Of a stretch of 64,000 nt of DNA, positions 49,115 through 59,450 are shown piece after piece. The translations under genes were made by a program, and so were the position numbers. Numbering within the stretch: position 1 is the first letter of the stretch; each line of letters opens with the position of its first letter. This DNA comes from a phage. The notes beneath the pieces are model-generated. The model searched no databases and had not been told where the DNA came from. It saw only the letters and a program-made list of their open reading frames with translations. The stretch lies in sequence record PZ452579.1; one strand, given 5' to 3'.

Positions 49115-50286
49115 TCTGGGTACCTCAAAGCGTCGTCAGAGTTAGTTATATCAATAATAGATATAGAATTTTCTGATAACCCGTTTTTAGATAACTGACG
49201 TTTATAATATCTTTCACAATATGTACACGTCGTCCCGCAGATTTCATTAGCACAATCGAAATCTGGATGTCTGAACCACCTTTTTTCTAAAAAGCCATCT
49301 AACAAAGAGGTTTCAATATTTACTGTATGTGAAAACTCGGTCTCATTTTCAAGAGTGAAAATAGTCTCTAAAGGCTTCCACAGTTCTAACAAATTACCTT
49401 CAAACTTTTCAGAAGCGTATGCTTCAAGAACTTTCAAAATGTAGTCTGTGCTACCTGTACGTCCTGAAACTTTGAATTGAGTGATACCGATATCATTATA
49501 AAGTTTCAAATCTTGAGGACGAACAAAACGAGTTCTCAACCAGTTAAATGGGTCTGTATCACGAGCTTTAATACAGTGCTGCATTGGATATCCGTTTAAG
49601 GATTTAGCATCATCAGCTGTAACATCAGTACTATGGAAAATATAGCAAGAGTCACGATAGCTACAATGTGTTGTATACCCTTTACCAGCATTAGAACAGA
49701 ACTCATTTACAAGAACTTCAAATATTATATTGTTCTTATTGCAAAACTCTGCTGCACGCTTCAGGAAAGAAACTGAACGGTTCTTATGAATTCCGCAACA
49801 GACCTTTTTGATATTATATTGGTCATGCAAGTATTTGATTTGAGTTACAGCATCGACATGTAGAATTGTTGAAACTTCAATCTCAATGTCTTTATTGACT
49901 TCACGAACAATTTCCATAACAACAGGGTTAGCGATAGTAATACGCCATACGCCTATTGACCAAAGATACTGAACATAATCCTGAATAGCTTTCTTCTTCC
50001 ACTCAACTAGTTCTCTTTTTGAACCAGGATTTATCGTGTTGAGCGTATAGTTAAAGCAAATACCTAATTCGTTACAACGTTTAACGTAATCTTCTAACAT
50101 CTTTTTGTCAACGTCAGGAAGCCTAAAATCAGGTCTGGCTGCTACAAAAGCCATTTCTCTTGTAGAGCCGTATACTTCGTTTATCAAGCTATTAGGATAA
50201 GTTTTATTGAGCTCTACGATTTTATCAAGAAGAGCTAAATCAAAATTCGTTCCGATTTTAAAAGTATTCATTTTTTTGCATCTCAC
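49111..50286 (-). CDS. hypothetical Cys-rich protein, candidate modification enzyme
   Basis: 391 aa; C-terminal cluster CANEICGTTCTYCERYY (Cx4Cx3Cx2C), possible metal or Fe-S site. Confidence 0.6.
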   Translation of the reverse strand: MRCKKMNTFKIGTNFDLALLDKIVELNKTYPNSLINEVYGSTREMAFVAARPDFRLPDVDKKMLEDYVKRCNELGICFNYTLNTINPGSKRELVEWKKKAIQDYVQYLWSIGVWRITIANPVVMEIVREVNKDIEIEVSTILHVDAVTQIKYLHDQYNIKKVCCGIHKNRSVSFLKRAAEFCNKNNIIFEVLVNEFCSNAGKGYTTHCSYRDSCYIFHSTDVTADDAKSLNGYPMQHCIKARDTDPFNWLRTRFVRPQDLKLYNDIGITQFKVSGRTGSTDYILKVLEAYASEKFEGNLLELWKPLETIFTLENETEFSHTVNIETSLLDGFLEKRWFRHPDFDCANEICGTTCTYCERYYKRQLSKNGLSENSISIIDITNSDDALRYPE

Positions 50287-50327
50287 GTTAATTGATGCGA
50301 TGGTTTTTGCAGGTCTTACTTAAATTA

Positions 50328-50729
50328 TTATAGATTCGGTTTATATGATTTAAATGTTTCGAATTCGCCTTTATTCATAAGAGCTTTGAATTCGTCAGGA
50401 CGCATAGCTTTGTCGTCGATAATCCAATCATATACTGGTTTATGTGTTAGCAAATTATGGTACTTTAAGCCAATGTTTGCCAAGTTCTGGATCAGACTTG
50501 GGAGAATGTCAATTGCTATACGACCAGGACCTACTGACTTCATACCGCGAGCAGTGTAAAGCGTTATGGTATGCCCTGCATCATACAGGGCATTAATGGC
50601 AGACACCATTTCGACGTCTGGTTTGAAGTTCACGTAATCACGATTGTTATTCCACTCTGTTATACAATCATCGACATCAAAACAAAGATTAAGCATGTTT
50701 TCTACACGGTGCATTAGATTCGTTCCCAT
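50328..50729 (-). CDS. HAD-superfamily phosphatase-like protein
   Basis: 133 aa; motif I LCFDVDDCIT (DxDxT); small KdsC-like size. Confidence 0.6.
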   Translation of the reverse strand: MGTNLMHRVENMLNLCFDVDDCITEWNNNRDYVNFKPDVEMVSAINALYDAGHTITLYTARGMKSVGPGRIAIDILPSLIQNLANIGLKYHNLLTHKPVYDWIIDDKAMRPDEFKALMNKGEFETFKSYKPNL

Positions 50730-52399
50730 TGATGAGTGATATCGCCACCGATTGGACGATAGGAAACACCAGTTTCTTTATCAGTTAGTACCCATTTACC
50801 AGGATTTTTTGTAATCAGAGTAGCCGTTACAGGTTCTGCTACGTCATAACTAATAGAGCCGTCTTGAAGTACACGGCCCATATTACGTAATTGCTTAGTC
50901 AGAAGTTCCATACCTTTATAATATGCGGCTACCGCTTTAAGTGGATTATTCTTGAAATAACCACCTAATGCAATCCAGATAATTGCCACTGCCAAATGAT
51001 GATACTCGTTAAACGAACTCATCTTTCCATATTTGTAAACTAATGGATTGATGTTAATAGTCACATTACAAGTTGTTTCATCAATAGTAAACTGTCCCCA
51101 GGTCGGATTAGCGTTGAATTCATCATAACCTGAAACAGCATAAAGCACTTTAGCTTCATCGTACAATTTTGGCCCGTAAATCTTGGTTTCGCCAAAATAT
51201 CCACGAGGGTCGATAAACTTGACTTCGCCGTTATCAGTAATCATAGTATTACTGAAGTTCGGGTCACCATGAATAACAGAGTACTGTCCCTGAGAACGGT
51301 TATGATAACGAATAAGGTGTTCTAAAGCTTGTTTCAGCATTGGCTTCAGACGTCCAATCTTAGTGTAGTTCACATGTGTGATTTTACCAAATGAATCAAT
51401 CAATGGTTGAATGCTTTCACAACGATCAATAACTTTCGTATAGAATTCTTTAGTGAAATCACGACGAACAGTTTCAGGACTTACAAAATAAGTGTCTGTG
51501 CTGAATTTCAGTGCATCTAAAATTGCATCAACAATTTGTGGACGAGCAAGACTTGATTTGGATTTAATATATTCAAATGCCGGCTTACCTTTAATGCGTT
51601 CCATTTCAAAGTTATTTTCATTAACAGAAACTAACTGAGGAACTGAATCTGATTTCACTTTAAGATACCATGAAATCTCATCTTTCTGAAGAGCTCGGCC
51701 CTGTTCGGTTAATGCGAATTTAGTTACAGTTTCTTCACCAATTTCAACTGCATTAAAACTACGATTAAGTTCACGAACTTCATGAGCTTTTTCAAGTTTA
51801 GGCATATCACCTAAATCAATTAGATTCATAAGCTCTGATTTATTGAATGCACTGCCGTAAAGGAATTCTACGAAATCACGTCCTTTGCAGTATTCGTGAA
51901 TTTCCTCATCAGTAGAACCCATGTAGAATTCCCAGTCTTTGAACTGATAAATTCCTACAACATTACCACCTGTTGAACCTACGTTAGTGATATTTTCACC
52001 GTCGAAATTATATCGACATTCGTCACCCTTAACATAGATTGCGTTAACATTCCAAGACCATGAACCAAAATCAGGAATAATATCACACCAGTTAACAATT
52101 ACATTATGGCCGTCTAAATCTTTGTGTAATTTAGCAAGAGCATAAGCAGAACCATACGCTTCATCAACTGTACGAATAGTCACATTGAACCCTTCTTGCT
52201 CACAATAAGCTCGAACAGTTTCAGCAAATTTTGAATGAACTACTACAATAATTTCATCTGCGCCAAGGTCAGAATAAATTGTATACAAATTGCTCAGAAT
52301 AGTGTCTTGTTTATAGTTCACAAGAACTTTTGGAATATGGTGAGTAATTGGATATAAACGAGTTGCCAGTCCAGCACCAAGAATAACAGCTTTTTTCAT
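50714..52399 (-). CDS. bifunctional sugar-1-phosphate nucleotidyltransferase / APH-like (anomeric) sugar kinase
   Basis: 561 aa; N-terminal AVILGAGLATRLYPIT (RmlA-like G-x-G-x-R-L); C-terminal VIHGDPNFSNTMI and FIDPRGYFGE (APH/choline-kinase Brenner and DFG-like motifs). Confidence 0.7.
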   Translation of the reverse strand: MKKAVILGAGLATRLYPITHHIPKVLVNYKQDTILSNLYTIYSDLGADEIIVVVHSKFAETVRAYCEQEGFNVTIRTVDEAYGSAYALAKLHKDLDGHNVIVNWCDIIPDFGSWSWNVNAIYVKGDECRYNFDGENITNVGSTGGNVVGIYQFKDWEFYMGSTDEEIHEYCKGRDFVEFLYGSAFNKSELMNLIDLGDMPKLEKAHEVRELNRSFNAVEIGEETVTKFALTEQGRALQKDEISWYLKVKSDSVPQLVSVNENNFEMERIKGKPAFEYIKSKSSLARPQIVDAILDALKFSTDTYFVSPETVRRDFTKEFYTKVIDRCESIQPLIDSFGKITHVNYTKIGRLKPMLKQALEHLIRYHNRSQGQYSVIHGDPNFSNTMITDNGEVKFIDPRGYFGETKIYGPKLYDEAKVLYAVSGYDEFNANPTWGQFTIDETTCNVTININPLVYKYGKMSSFNEYHHLAVAIIWIALGGYFKNNPLKAVAAYYKGMELLTKQLRNMGRVLQDGSISYDVAEPVTATLITKNPGKWVLTDKETGVSYRPIGGDITHQWERI

Positions 52400-52440
52400 G
52401 TTGAAGTCCTCATTGGTAAGTAGGAGTATTGTACACTATT

Positions 52441-52584
52441 CTAGTTAAAGCATTCATACTTTGCTTGTAGTCCAATCATAATCCATCCAATTACAAGTGT
52501 TGGAATCATTACTGGAGCCGTTAAGCTCCAGTAGATAGTCATGACAAGCATCAATAGTAAAAGTCCTATTGTTATTGCTTTCAT
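52441..52584 (-). CDS. small membrane protein (not in ORF track)
   Basis: 47 aa MKAITIGLLLLMLVMTIYWSLTAPVMIPTLVIGWIMIGLQAKYECFN; ATGA overlap with SIS gene stop. Confidence 0.45.
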   Translation of the reverse strand: MKAITIGLLLLMLVMTIYWSLTAPVMIPTLVIGWIMIGLQAKYECFN

Positions 52585-53216
52585 TGTTCGCCTCGTAACA
52601 TGGCACCTAGTGCACCGCCTGGATGGAACTTAAGGAAATCATTAGAGGTAAATCCGCGTTCAGACGAAAGGTTGATAGCGAACGTATCGATAAGCGCTAA
52701 CAACAATGTAGTAGACATTGTCGGAGCTAAAGAGTTCTCGTCAACTTCTACCGCGATACCGGTACAGAACGTATAATCAAAAAGAGCTTCGTATTCTTGT
52801 GGAATGTCAGGGTTACAATGTAACAGAATCTGTTTAACCTGAGGACGAATCATACGAAGATGTTTAGCAACACCTATCATTTCTTCAGTCTTACCAGAAC
52901 GACTGATGTGAATCAACACATCATTAGGTGCAATAAATCCTGCGTCACCATGAGAATAATGCCCAGTGTTCAAATACATGCTAGGAATACCTAGTGAAGC
53001 AAAAGTCTCGGAAGCTTTAGTTGCGATATTAGCATTCTTACCAACACCTGTAATAATTACACGACTTTCATAATTACTCAGTCCAGGGCGACGAAGAGTT
53101 TCAAGAATAGCATTATATCGGGCAGGGTTTTGACTAATTACTTTAGCCATAGTGGCAAGAGATGAAGCTTGTTTTACGATTGCGTCAATAGCGATAGTGA
53201 TTGGTGTAGTTTTCAT
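52581..53216 (-). CDS. SIS-domain sugar-phosphate isomerase, KdsD-like arabinose-5-phosphate isomerase
   Basis: 211 aa; GVGKNANIATKASETFASLG, SHGDAGFI, ISRSGKTEE, LAPTMSTT, FHPGGALG, closely paralleling E. coli KdsD SIS-domain motifs; no CBS domains. Confidence 0.8.
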   Translation of the reverse strand: MKTTPITIAIDAIVKQASSLATMAKVISQNPARYNAILETLRRPGLSNYESRVIITGVGKNANIATKASETFASLGIPSMYLNTGHYSHGDAGFIAPNDVLIHISRSGKTEEMIGVAKHLRMIRPQVKQILLHCNPDIPQEYEALFDYTFCTGIAVEVDENSLAPTMSTTLLLALIDTFAINLSSERGFTSNDFLKFHPGGALGAMLRGEQ

Positions 53217-53256
53217 ATTTCTCTCATTTAATTAGTTGGCCGTCCTTGGCATTATA

Positions 53257-55968
53257 TCAAAAATCAAACATATCGAACAGAGATGCTTTCTTCTCGTAAT
53301 CGAGTTTCGCTGCTGATGTGAATCCTTCAAGCGGTTTAATAAATGTCTTCTCAAGGAGAACAGTGTAGTCCATCCAATGAAGTACATCATCTTTGATTAA
53401 ATCAGTGATTTCCGTACCAGAAGGCCATGCGATACATTTATCACCGAATGGGTTTCCTTCACGTAAAGGCAGAACATATACTTTTTCACCTTCTACAACT
53501 TGTGGAGCATCAATATTACCTTTGATAGCCCGGTTATATGTCAGAATTCCACGAATATGGAACGGGCATTTAGGTCCTGGATATCCACCTACATCATATT
53601 TAGCAATGTTATTCGCAGAAGATACCGACGCGATGCTAATATAATTCAATTGACGGAATTCTTTTTCAAACTCTTTAAAATATTCTTGTAATGATTCTTC
53701 ACCTTCTTGAAGCATACGACGAATACATTCTTTAAGAGCTTTCTGTACTGCTTTAGGAGTCGAAGATTTCTGAGTCTCTAGACCCATGATTTTGAGTTTA
53801 GGCTCAGCGTATCTGGTTCCTTCCATATCCCACACGTTTAATGCATAACGTTTCTTACCAGTCCAGAATCCACCAATACCTTTAGAACCGAGCGGAGGAC
53901 CAGCGATAGCTTCTCGGTCCATGAACATTAAGTGTTGTTTATTGTTCATGTATTCACACATTTCACGGAAACCTTTATCAATAGCTGGTTCCATACGTTC
54001 ACGTGCAAACTTATCTAAGAAGTCTACCCAATGGTTGGTATCACGGAATTTAGATTCACCAACCTTATCGATAATTTTATCAGCAGATACGTAAATAGAG
54101 TCTGTATCACCATAAAGAACGAAAGCTTCACCTTCTGTACCACAAACTTCATTCAGATATTCATTAACTTTACGTTCAATCCACTGTAAAGCCATTTGAC
54201 CAAATGTTGTGATTGCAGTAGCATTACGCAAATCATAATAACGGAACCAAACGTTGCCAAGTGCACCATAAAGTGAGTTGATAAGCAATTTACGGTTAAT
54301 CTGTGCAGTCATACCTGCAACTTCAGTACGTTGAGCTCTAAACAACATTTCATTAAGAGATTTAGCAGACAACTTTTTAATCTTTTCTTTAATCTCATCA
54401 CTGAAGTCGAAACGATAATCAACATCTAATGGTTCGTCAACAGAAAGATTAGGATTATGTAAGGCCTCTTTAATTATTTCACCATTACGTTGAGCCGCAA
54501 GCATATAACCTTTATGTTCTTTACGTTGATTAAAGACTTTAGTGATTTCAGTTGGAACAACACCGTCACGGTCTTTATAATACATCATGCCGTTAGGAGA
54601 ACAACTGTACACATCAGAAGGACGTTCAGCAACAGCGTTAATATAATCATGTAATGGAGCTACTTTAAACGTTCCTGCTATTGTTTCTGGGCTAATATTC
54701 ACTTGGCGAATGATGCTTGGATACAGAGATGTTAGGTCGAAGCTCATCACATATTTGTATCGATTTGGAATAGGTTCCTTAACAAAAGCACCCGGGTAAG
54801 GTTGAACTGGATGCGAACGACCTTGTGGAATCACCTTGTTTTGTTCTTTAAGGCTATTAAAAATAATAGCGTCCCACGTTTTAATTGGGCTAAACACAGA
54901 TTGAATCTGTATCTTAGCATAATAACCCATGTCCAAGCTCAAGTTAATGAACTGACGCTTAGCATCAATTTGCAATACACGATACACGTCGATAATGTTA
55001 TAAGAAATATATCGTTGGTGATTGCTTTCACGAAGCTTAGAAATAGGGCCATCATATTTCAGTTTACCAACGTTCAATTCAAATTCTGAAATGTAATCCA
55101 GAGAATACGACGGTTGATTGGTAAAAGAGAATTTTTTGTAAAGGTCGATGTAATCAAGAACAGAGATACCGAACAATGTAATGATTTCTCGTGAACCATA
55201 CATGTTTTCAATAACTTTAACACGAGTCTTGCGATGTGGTGACAACCGTTTTGCTGTGGATTCGCCAAAAATATTCTTGATTCGGTTATACACATATGGA
55301 ATATCAAATGACTCAACGTTCCATCCAGTCAAAATGACAGGAGTTTTCTGTTGCCAGAAGTTGAGATATTCCATCAACAATTCTTTTTCGTTATCGAACG
55401 GCATATAAATGATTTTATCGATAATTTCAGATGGAACTTCATCACCGCCTTGTTCTTGAAGCTTAGCAGCGATTTCAATAGACCATTCTTCTACATTACC
55501 ATATGGAGAATTCAATAGATCAAATACGTAGAACCTGTCGTCAATTGAGTCATAATGGGTGATAGCATCAATCGGATGTTTTGCTTGTGACGGCTCAGGG
55601 AACCCGTCCGGAGATGTTACTTCGATGTCGAAGTTAGCCACACGAATTTTTGTATGGTCGTATTTGATTTCATAGTTATAAGTGTCAGACAAATACGCCA
55701 ATTTGAAATCGTCCATGCCAAGTGCTTCAAGTCCGATATCTTCCATGCGTTTAATCCATTGTGAGGCATCACGCATATTAGCGAACAACTTACGAGTACA
55801 CGGCTTACCGTAGATATCGAAATATTTCGTAGCCTGACTTTCTGGACAATGAGCAAACAGTGATGGTTTATATTCTACTTCACGAGTACGTTCACGGCCG
55901 TTAGAATCGATGTAACGTTCAAAAATTGAATCACCGATCTGTTCAACCGTTAAGTAAAATTCTTTCAT
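53257..55968 (-). CDS. 43: DNA polymerase gp43 (family B), RB69-type
   Basis: 903 aa; MKEFYLTVEQIGDSIFERYIDSNGRERTREVEYKPSLFAHCPESQATKYFDIYGKPCTRKLFANMRDASQW...; exo motif FDIE, pol motifs DTDS, KILINSLYG. Confidence 0.97.
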   Translation of the reverse strand: MKEFYLTVEQIGDSIFERYIDSNGRERTREVEYKPSLFAHCPESQATKYFDIYGKPCTRKLFANMRDASQWIKRMEDIGLEALGMDDFKLAYLSDTYNYEIKYDHTKIRVANFDIEVTSPDGFPEPSQAKHPIDAITHYDSIDDRFYVFDLLNSPYGNVEEWSIEIAAKLQEQGGDEVPSEIIDKIIYMPFDNEKELLMEYLNFWQQKTPVILTGWNVESFDIPYVYNRIKNIFGESTAKRLSPHRKTRVKVIENMYGSREIITLFGISVLDYIDLYKKFSFTNQPSYSLDYISEFELNVGKLKYDGPISKLRESNHQRYISYNIIDVYRVLQIDAKRQFINLSLDMGYYAKIQIQSVFSPIKTWDAIIFNSLKEQNKVIPQGRSHPVQPYPGAFVKEPIPNRYKYVMSFDLTSLYPSIIRQVNISPETIAGTFKVAPLHDYINAVAERPSDVYSCSPNGMMYYKDRDGVVPTEITKVFNQRKEHKGYMLAAQRNGEIIKEALHNPNLSVDEPLDVDYRFDFSDEIKEKIKKLSAKSLNEMLFRAQRTEVAGMTAQINRKLLINSLYGALGNVWFRYYDLRNATAITTFGQMALQWIERKVNEYLNEVCGTEGEAFVLYGDTDSIYVSADKIIDKVGESKFRDTNHWVDFLDKFARERMEPAIDKGFREMCEYMNNKQHLMFMDREAIAGPPLGSKGIGGFWTGKKRYALNVWDMEGTRYAEPKLKIMGLETQKSSTPKAVQKALKECIRRMLQEGEESLQEYFKEFEKEFRQLNYISIASVSSANNIAKYDVGGYPGPKCPFHIRGILTYNRAIKGNIDAPQVVEGEKVYVLPLREGNPFGDKCIAWPSGTEITDLIKDDVLHWMDYTVLLEKTFIKPLEGFTSAAKLDYEKKASLFDMFDF

Positions 55969-56049
55969 TTAATTTCCTTTAGACGAGTTATTGTCTTTTG
56001 TTTGTTGATGAACTTATTATACTCCAAATGGGACCGAAGTCCCATTGCT

Positions 56050-56418
56050 TTAATTACCAATTGTATATTTTGCTTTCAAAGTCCAGTCATCTTTCTGTTT
56101 AAAAGAGATAACTCGGAAGTTATTAGTCAGGCTAAATAGATCTTCACGAGCAGAGTCTTCAATAACAATCAATCCCCAGTCTTCAAGCAACTGGGCAATC
56201 GAATCACGTCGCTGATAGTCTTCACCGTCAATATCAACCTGACGTCCATCCATACGCAACATTTCTTTAAAGTGGACGATATAGTACTTACCTTGCTTTT
56301 GGAGGATATGACAAGACTGGTAAAGGACTTTATCCTTGTTATTAGCGATGCCCATACGGGTCAAAGTCTCTTTGACTTTCAGAAAATCTTCAGGGTTCTT
56401 CAATTTAATTTCAATCAT
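56050..56418 (-). CDS. regA: translational repressor RegA
   Basis: Start at ATG 56418 (MIEIKLKNPEDFLKVKETLTRMGIANNKDKVLYQSCHILQK...) gives 122 aa as in T4. Confidence 0.9.
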   Translation of the reverse strand: MIEIKLKNPEDFLKVKETLTRMGIANNKDKVLYQSCHILQKQGKYYIVHFKEMLRMDGRQVDIDGEDYQRRDSIAQLLEDWGLIVIEDSAREDLFSLTNNFRVISFKQKDDWTLKAKYTIGN

Positions 56419-56420
56419 TT

Positions 56421-56984
56421 TTACCATTCCAATGCTATTTTTTTAAATTGTTTTTGTTCTTTCACATTTTTTGTAACTTCTTTGAGAAACTCATCAGTGA
56501 CCATGGCCTTCAGTTCTTTAAGGACTATTGGCAACTTGTTATTTTTTTCAAGGAGCCGCTTATACTCGGTAGCATCATTCATGTTGATTGTGTAATGTTT
56601 CATCAACAGTTTGATAACTAGTAACTCTGAAGTGTCTTCGACTAGTTTAGCCCATTTAGAGAATCGACGACCACGCGGAATTGCCGCCATCATATAGTTG
56701 AAGTGCGCTTCATCACTTAATTCAGAACCGACTAAGTTCATCATGTAAACAGCTGGCATACATTCTGGGAACTGTGATAATGAGTTCTCAACCATAAATT
56801 TTGAGTAGTCGACCTGAGCAATTGACATAGATTTCTTTTCATTAATAGCATTAATGATTTTAAAGAATTCATTCTCAGGTTTTTCTTTAAACATATCAGC
56901 ACATTTTTGAATCGCATCAGCGTCATTAGACTTCCATGCAATTTGGTGCTCGTTAAGCCGGACGTCATCATCAAATAAGTTCAT
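56421..56984 (-). CDS. 62: clamp loader small subunit gp62
   Basis: 187 aa; position and size as T4 gp62. Confidence 0.9.
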   Translation of the reverse strand: MNLFDDDVRLNEHQIAWKSNDADAIQKCADMFKEKPENEFFKIINAINEKKSMSIAQVDYSKFMVENSLSQFPECMPAVYMMNLVGSELSDEAHFNYMMAAIPRGRRFSKWAKLVEDTSELLVIKLLMKHYTINMNDATEYKRLLEKNNKLPIVLKELKAMVTDEFLKEVTKNVKEQKQFKKIALEW

Positions 56985-56985
56985 A

Positions 56986-57948
56986 TTATTTCCAAGTCAG
57001 TTCGCAGGTCAGTTGAAGAAGCATATACATAACATGTAATTCAATATTACTTGCTAATCCATGAAACTTATTGTTTTCGCCTGCAATTTCATAAAGCGAA
57101 ATAATACTTTTACCAGGTGCAACTTGGTCATAACATTCTGAAACTAATTTATCGATGAACCATGAATAATCTGCAGCGTATTTTGGAGCTAATGCACGAA
57201 GCTGTTTGATATCTTTGTTCTTCATTGCTTCGATAACATCAGAGACTGTGCCACGGTCATTAGTTACGATAGACAAAATACCCGCATCAAGAACACCTTT
57301 AGACGAGTACTGGTCTAATTGACCAATTGTACGACGAAAGTCCGGGAAGTTCTTTTTAACCAGAGCTGCAACAACTTTCATATCGGCGATTTCGATATTT
57401 TCATTCTTACAGATTTCAACCATACGATGAATCATTTTCTTCATCATCGAGATTTTATCTTCTTCGGTTGGACGACCGAATTCGATAACTCGACAACGAC
57501 TACGTAATGGTTCAATAATTCCATCGATGTTGTTAGCAGTAATAACAATAGAGCAGTTACTAGAGAATTCTTCCATAAACGTACGAAGGTGTCGTTGTGA
57601 TTCGGCGAGGCCACTACGGTCAAATTCATCGATAACGATAACTTTAGGCTTGCCTTCCATTGAGACCGAACGAGCGAATGCAGTTAACGGACCACGCACA
57701 AAATCAATCTTACAATCAGAACCGTTGACGAACATCATTTCGGCATTGATATCATTACATAATGCTTTTGCTACGGTTGTTTTACCTGTACCAGGAGAAG
57801 GAGAGTGCAAAATAATATGAGGAAGTTTTCCTTTAGATACTAAAGACTTGAATGTTTCATGGTCATACTCAGGCAGAATACATTCGTCAATGGAAGAAGG
57901 ACGATATTTCTGTTCTAGAATGTGTTCTTTGGAATTGATAGTAATCAT
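56986..57948 (-). CDS. 44: clamp loader large subunit gp44 (AAA+)
   Basis: 320 aa; [29 protein letters not shown]...[10 protein letters not shown] matches T4 gp44. Confidence 0.95.
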   Translation of the reverse strand: MITINSKEHILEQKYRPSSIDECILPEYDHETFKSLVSKGKLPHIILHSPSPGTGKTTVAKALCNDINAEMMFVNGSDCKIDFVRGPLTAFARSVSMEGKPKVIVIDEFDRSGLAESQRHLRTFMEEFSSNCSIVITANNIDGIIEPLRSRCRVIEFGRPTEEDKISMMKKMIHRMVEICKNENIEIADMKVVAALVKKNFPDFRRTIGQLDQYSSKGVLDAGILSIVTNDRGTVSDVIEAMKNKDIKQLRALAPKYAADYSWFIDKLVSECYDQVAPGKSIISLYEIAGENNKFHGLASNIELHVMYMLLQLTCELTWK

Positions 57949-58023
57949 GTAATTTTCCTCATTATCATTAAACTGGAGGATTTCTCCTCCATAATCGTAT
58001 CACAATAAACGTAAAGCTTTGAC

Positions 58024-58710
58024 TTAGAAGTCGTGAGTAGAATCGGCTTCCATCGCAATAACATAACTTACTTGAGAGCTTTCAAACTTGGCTGCAACTT
58101 TATCACCAGCTCCCCACAACATTACTTTATAGTTACCTGGCTGGATTTTCATATTAGCCATATTGATTACGAAGTTAAAGTTGTTAGAACCATCATAATC
58201 GGTAAGAGTCAAAGAATACTTAGGACGAGTTAGTCCAGAATCTTCAACTTTATTATAGCCATTGATAACAATTTTACCATCTTTATTTGTAATAGCAATT
58301 GTATCAATCTGAAGACCACGTGAAACTCGAAGTAATTGTTGAAGGTCTTCAGCTTTAATTTCAGTAATCACAGAAGCCACTGGGAATTGAATTGGCTTAT
58401 TAGGAAAAACAATGGTGCTCTTGTCAGCGGCAGGCCAATAAACTGTGGAACGTGTATCTGCAATTTTAATATTGCCATCAGTGTGCATTGAAATTTCAGC
58501 ATCGTCAGACACTAGACTCAAAATGCTTAAGAAGCTATTCAAATCATAAAGTGCTACGTCAAAATCAATTTCATCGGAGATATTTGCTTCCGCATAAGTG
58601 GTGCCATTAACTGCACGAGTCATAATAAATTTACCTTGACTCAGCAGAATGCCGGAGTTAATAGAGGCAAAGTTTTTCAGAATAGCGATAGTATCTTTAG
58701 ACAGTTTCAT
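58024..58710 (-). CDS. 45: sliding clamp gp45
   Basis: Start at ATG 58710 (MKLSKDTIAILKNFASINSGILL...; SD AAGGAAA); track ORF starts at an upstream TTG. Confidence 0.95.
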   Translation of the reverse strand: MKLSKDTIAILKNFASINSGILLSQGKFIMTRAVNGTTYAEANISDEIDFDVALYDLNSFLSILSLVSDDAEISMHTDGNIKIADTRSTVYWPAADKSTIVFPNKPIQFPVASVITEIKAEDLQQLLRVSRGLQIDTIAITNKDGKIVINGYNKVEDSGLTRPKYSLTLTDYDGSNNFNFVINMANMKIQPGNYKVMLWGAGDKVAAKFESSQVSYVIAMEADSTHDF

Positions 58711-58752
58711 TTTATTTCCTTTCAAGACAATTCAAAGTTTATAACAAATTTA

Positions 58753-59169
58753 TTATGCAGCAACCATCTGCTTTTTAATAGCTTCAGGCAGTGATTCAAT
58801 ATATTCTGGAATTTTAGAAGCAACAATTTCGCCAGCTGCAATTAGTTGTTCGTCGGCATCAACACAGTAGAAATCTTCTAGACGCTCAGAACCGTCTTTA
58901 TCAAGAACGATTTTTCCGCCAGCTTCAATAGAATCTTTATAGTGCTTACGCATTAGATGAATCCACATATCAGATACATCGTTATCAATAAAACCATAAA
59001 TCATAAAACGAGTTTCTTGTGGCAAAGATTGGAGTTTTTTAGCACTTGCGTCATCACAATGCAGGACCCATGCTTTACGAACACGATTATGGTTATGTGG
59101 GTTAGAGTCAGTACGGATAGAAGTAACTTTCAGATCAGCAGCAGTGAAACCTTTAGCAGTAGTAAACAT
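58753..59169 (-). CDS. rpbA: RpbA-like protein (RNA polymerase binding), by position
   Basis: 138-aa ORF immediately upstream of gene 45. Confidence 0.5.
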   Translation of the reverse strand: MFTTAKGFTAADLKVTSIRTDSNPHNHNRVRKAWVLHCDDASAKKLQSLPQETRFMIYGFIDNDVSDMWIHLMRKHYKDSIEAGGKIVLDKDGSERLEDFYCVDADEQLIAAGEIVASKIPEYIESLPEAIKKQMVAA

Positions 59170-59181
59170 ATTATTTCTCTC

Positions 59182-59373
59182 TTATTCGTAGAAGTCGGTA
59201 ACTGTCCATGCGGTATTGCGATTAGACATTATTTTATTATACTCGTCTTTAAAAGCAGATTTGAGCATTTGTTCAGTAACAATATGTTCTTCACCTGAAA
59301 ACGTATTGGTCAAAACATATTTTTTAATTTCAGGGACAACGAGAAGATGTTGGCCGGTTGAATACTCCGCCAT
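59182..59373 (-). CDS. hypothetical protein
   Basis: 63-aa ORF. Confidence 0.45.
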   Translation of the reverse strand: MAEYSTGQHLLVVPEIKKYVLTNTFSGEEHIVTEQMLKSAFKDEYNKIMSNRNTAWTVTDFYE

Positions 59374-59397
59374 TATAAATCTCCGAGATTAAAGCAA

Positions 59398-59405
59398 TAT
59401 AAATA
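59398..59405 (+). promoter_or_regulatory. late promoter TATAAATA for HNH endonuclease gene
   Basis: exact TATAAATA about 46 nt upstream of ATG 59451. Confidence 0.5.
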
Positions 59406-59450
59406 GGTTTATCAATTTATCTGTTGCTGTATCAAATAAGGATTTAGTAA

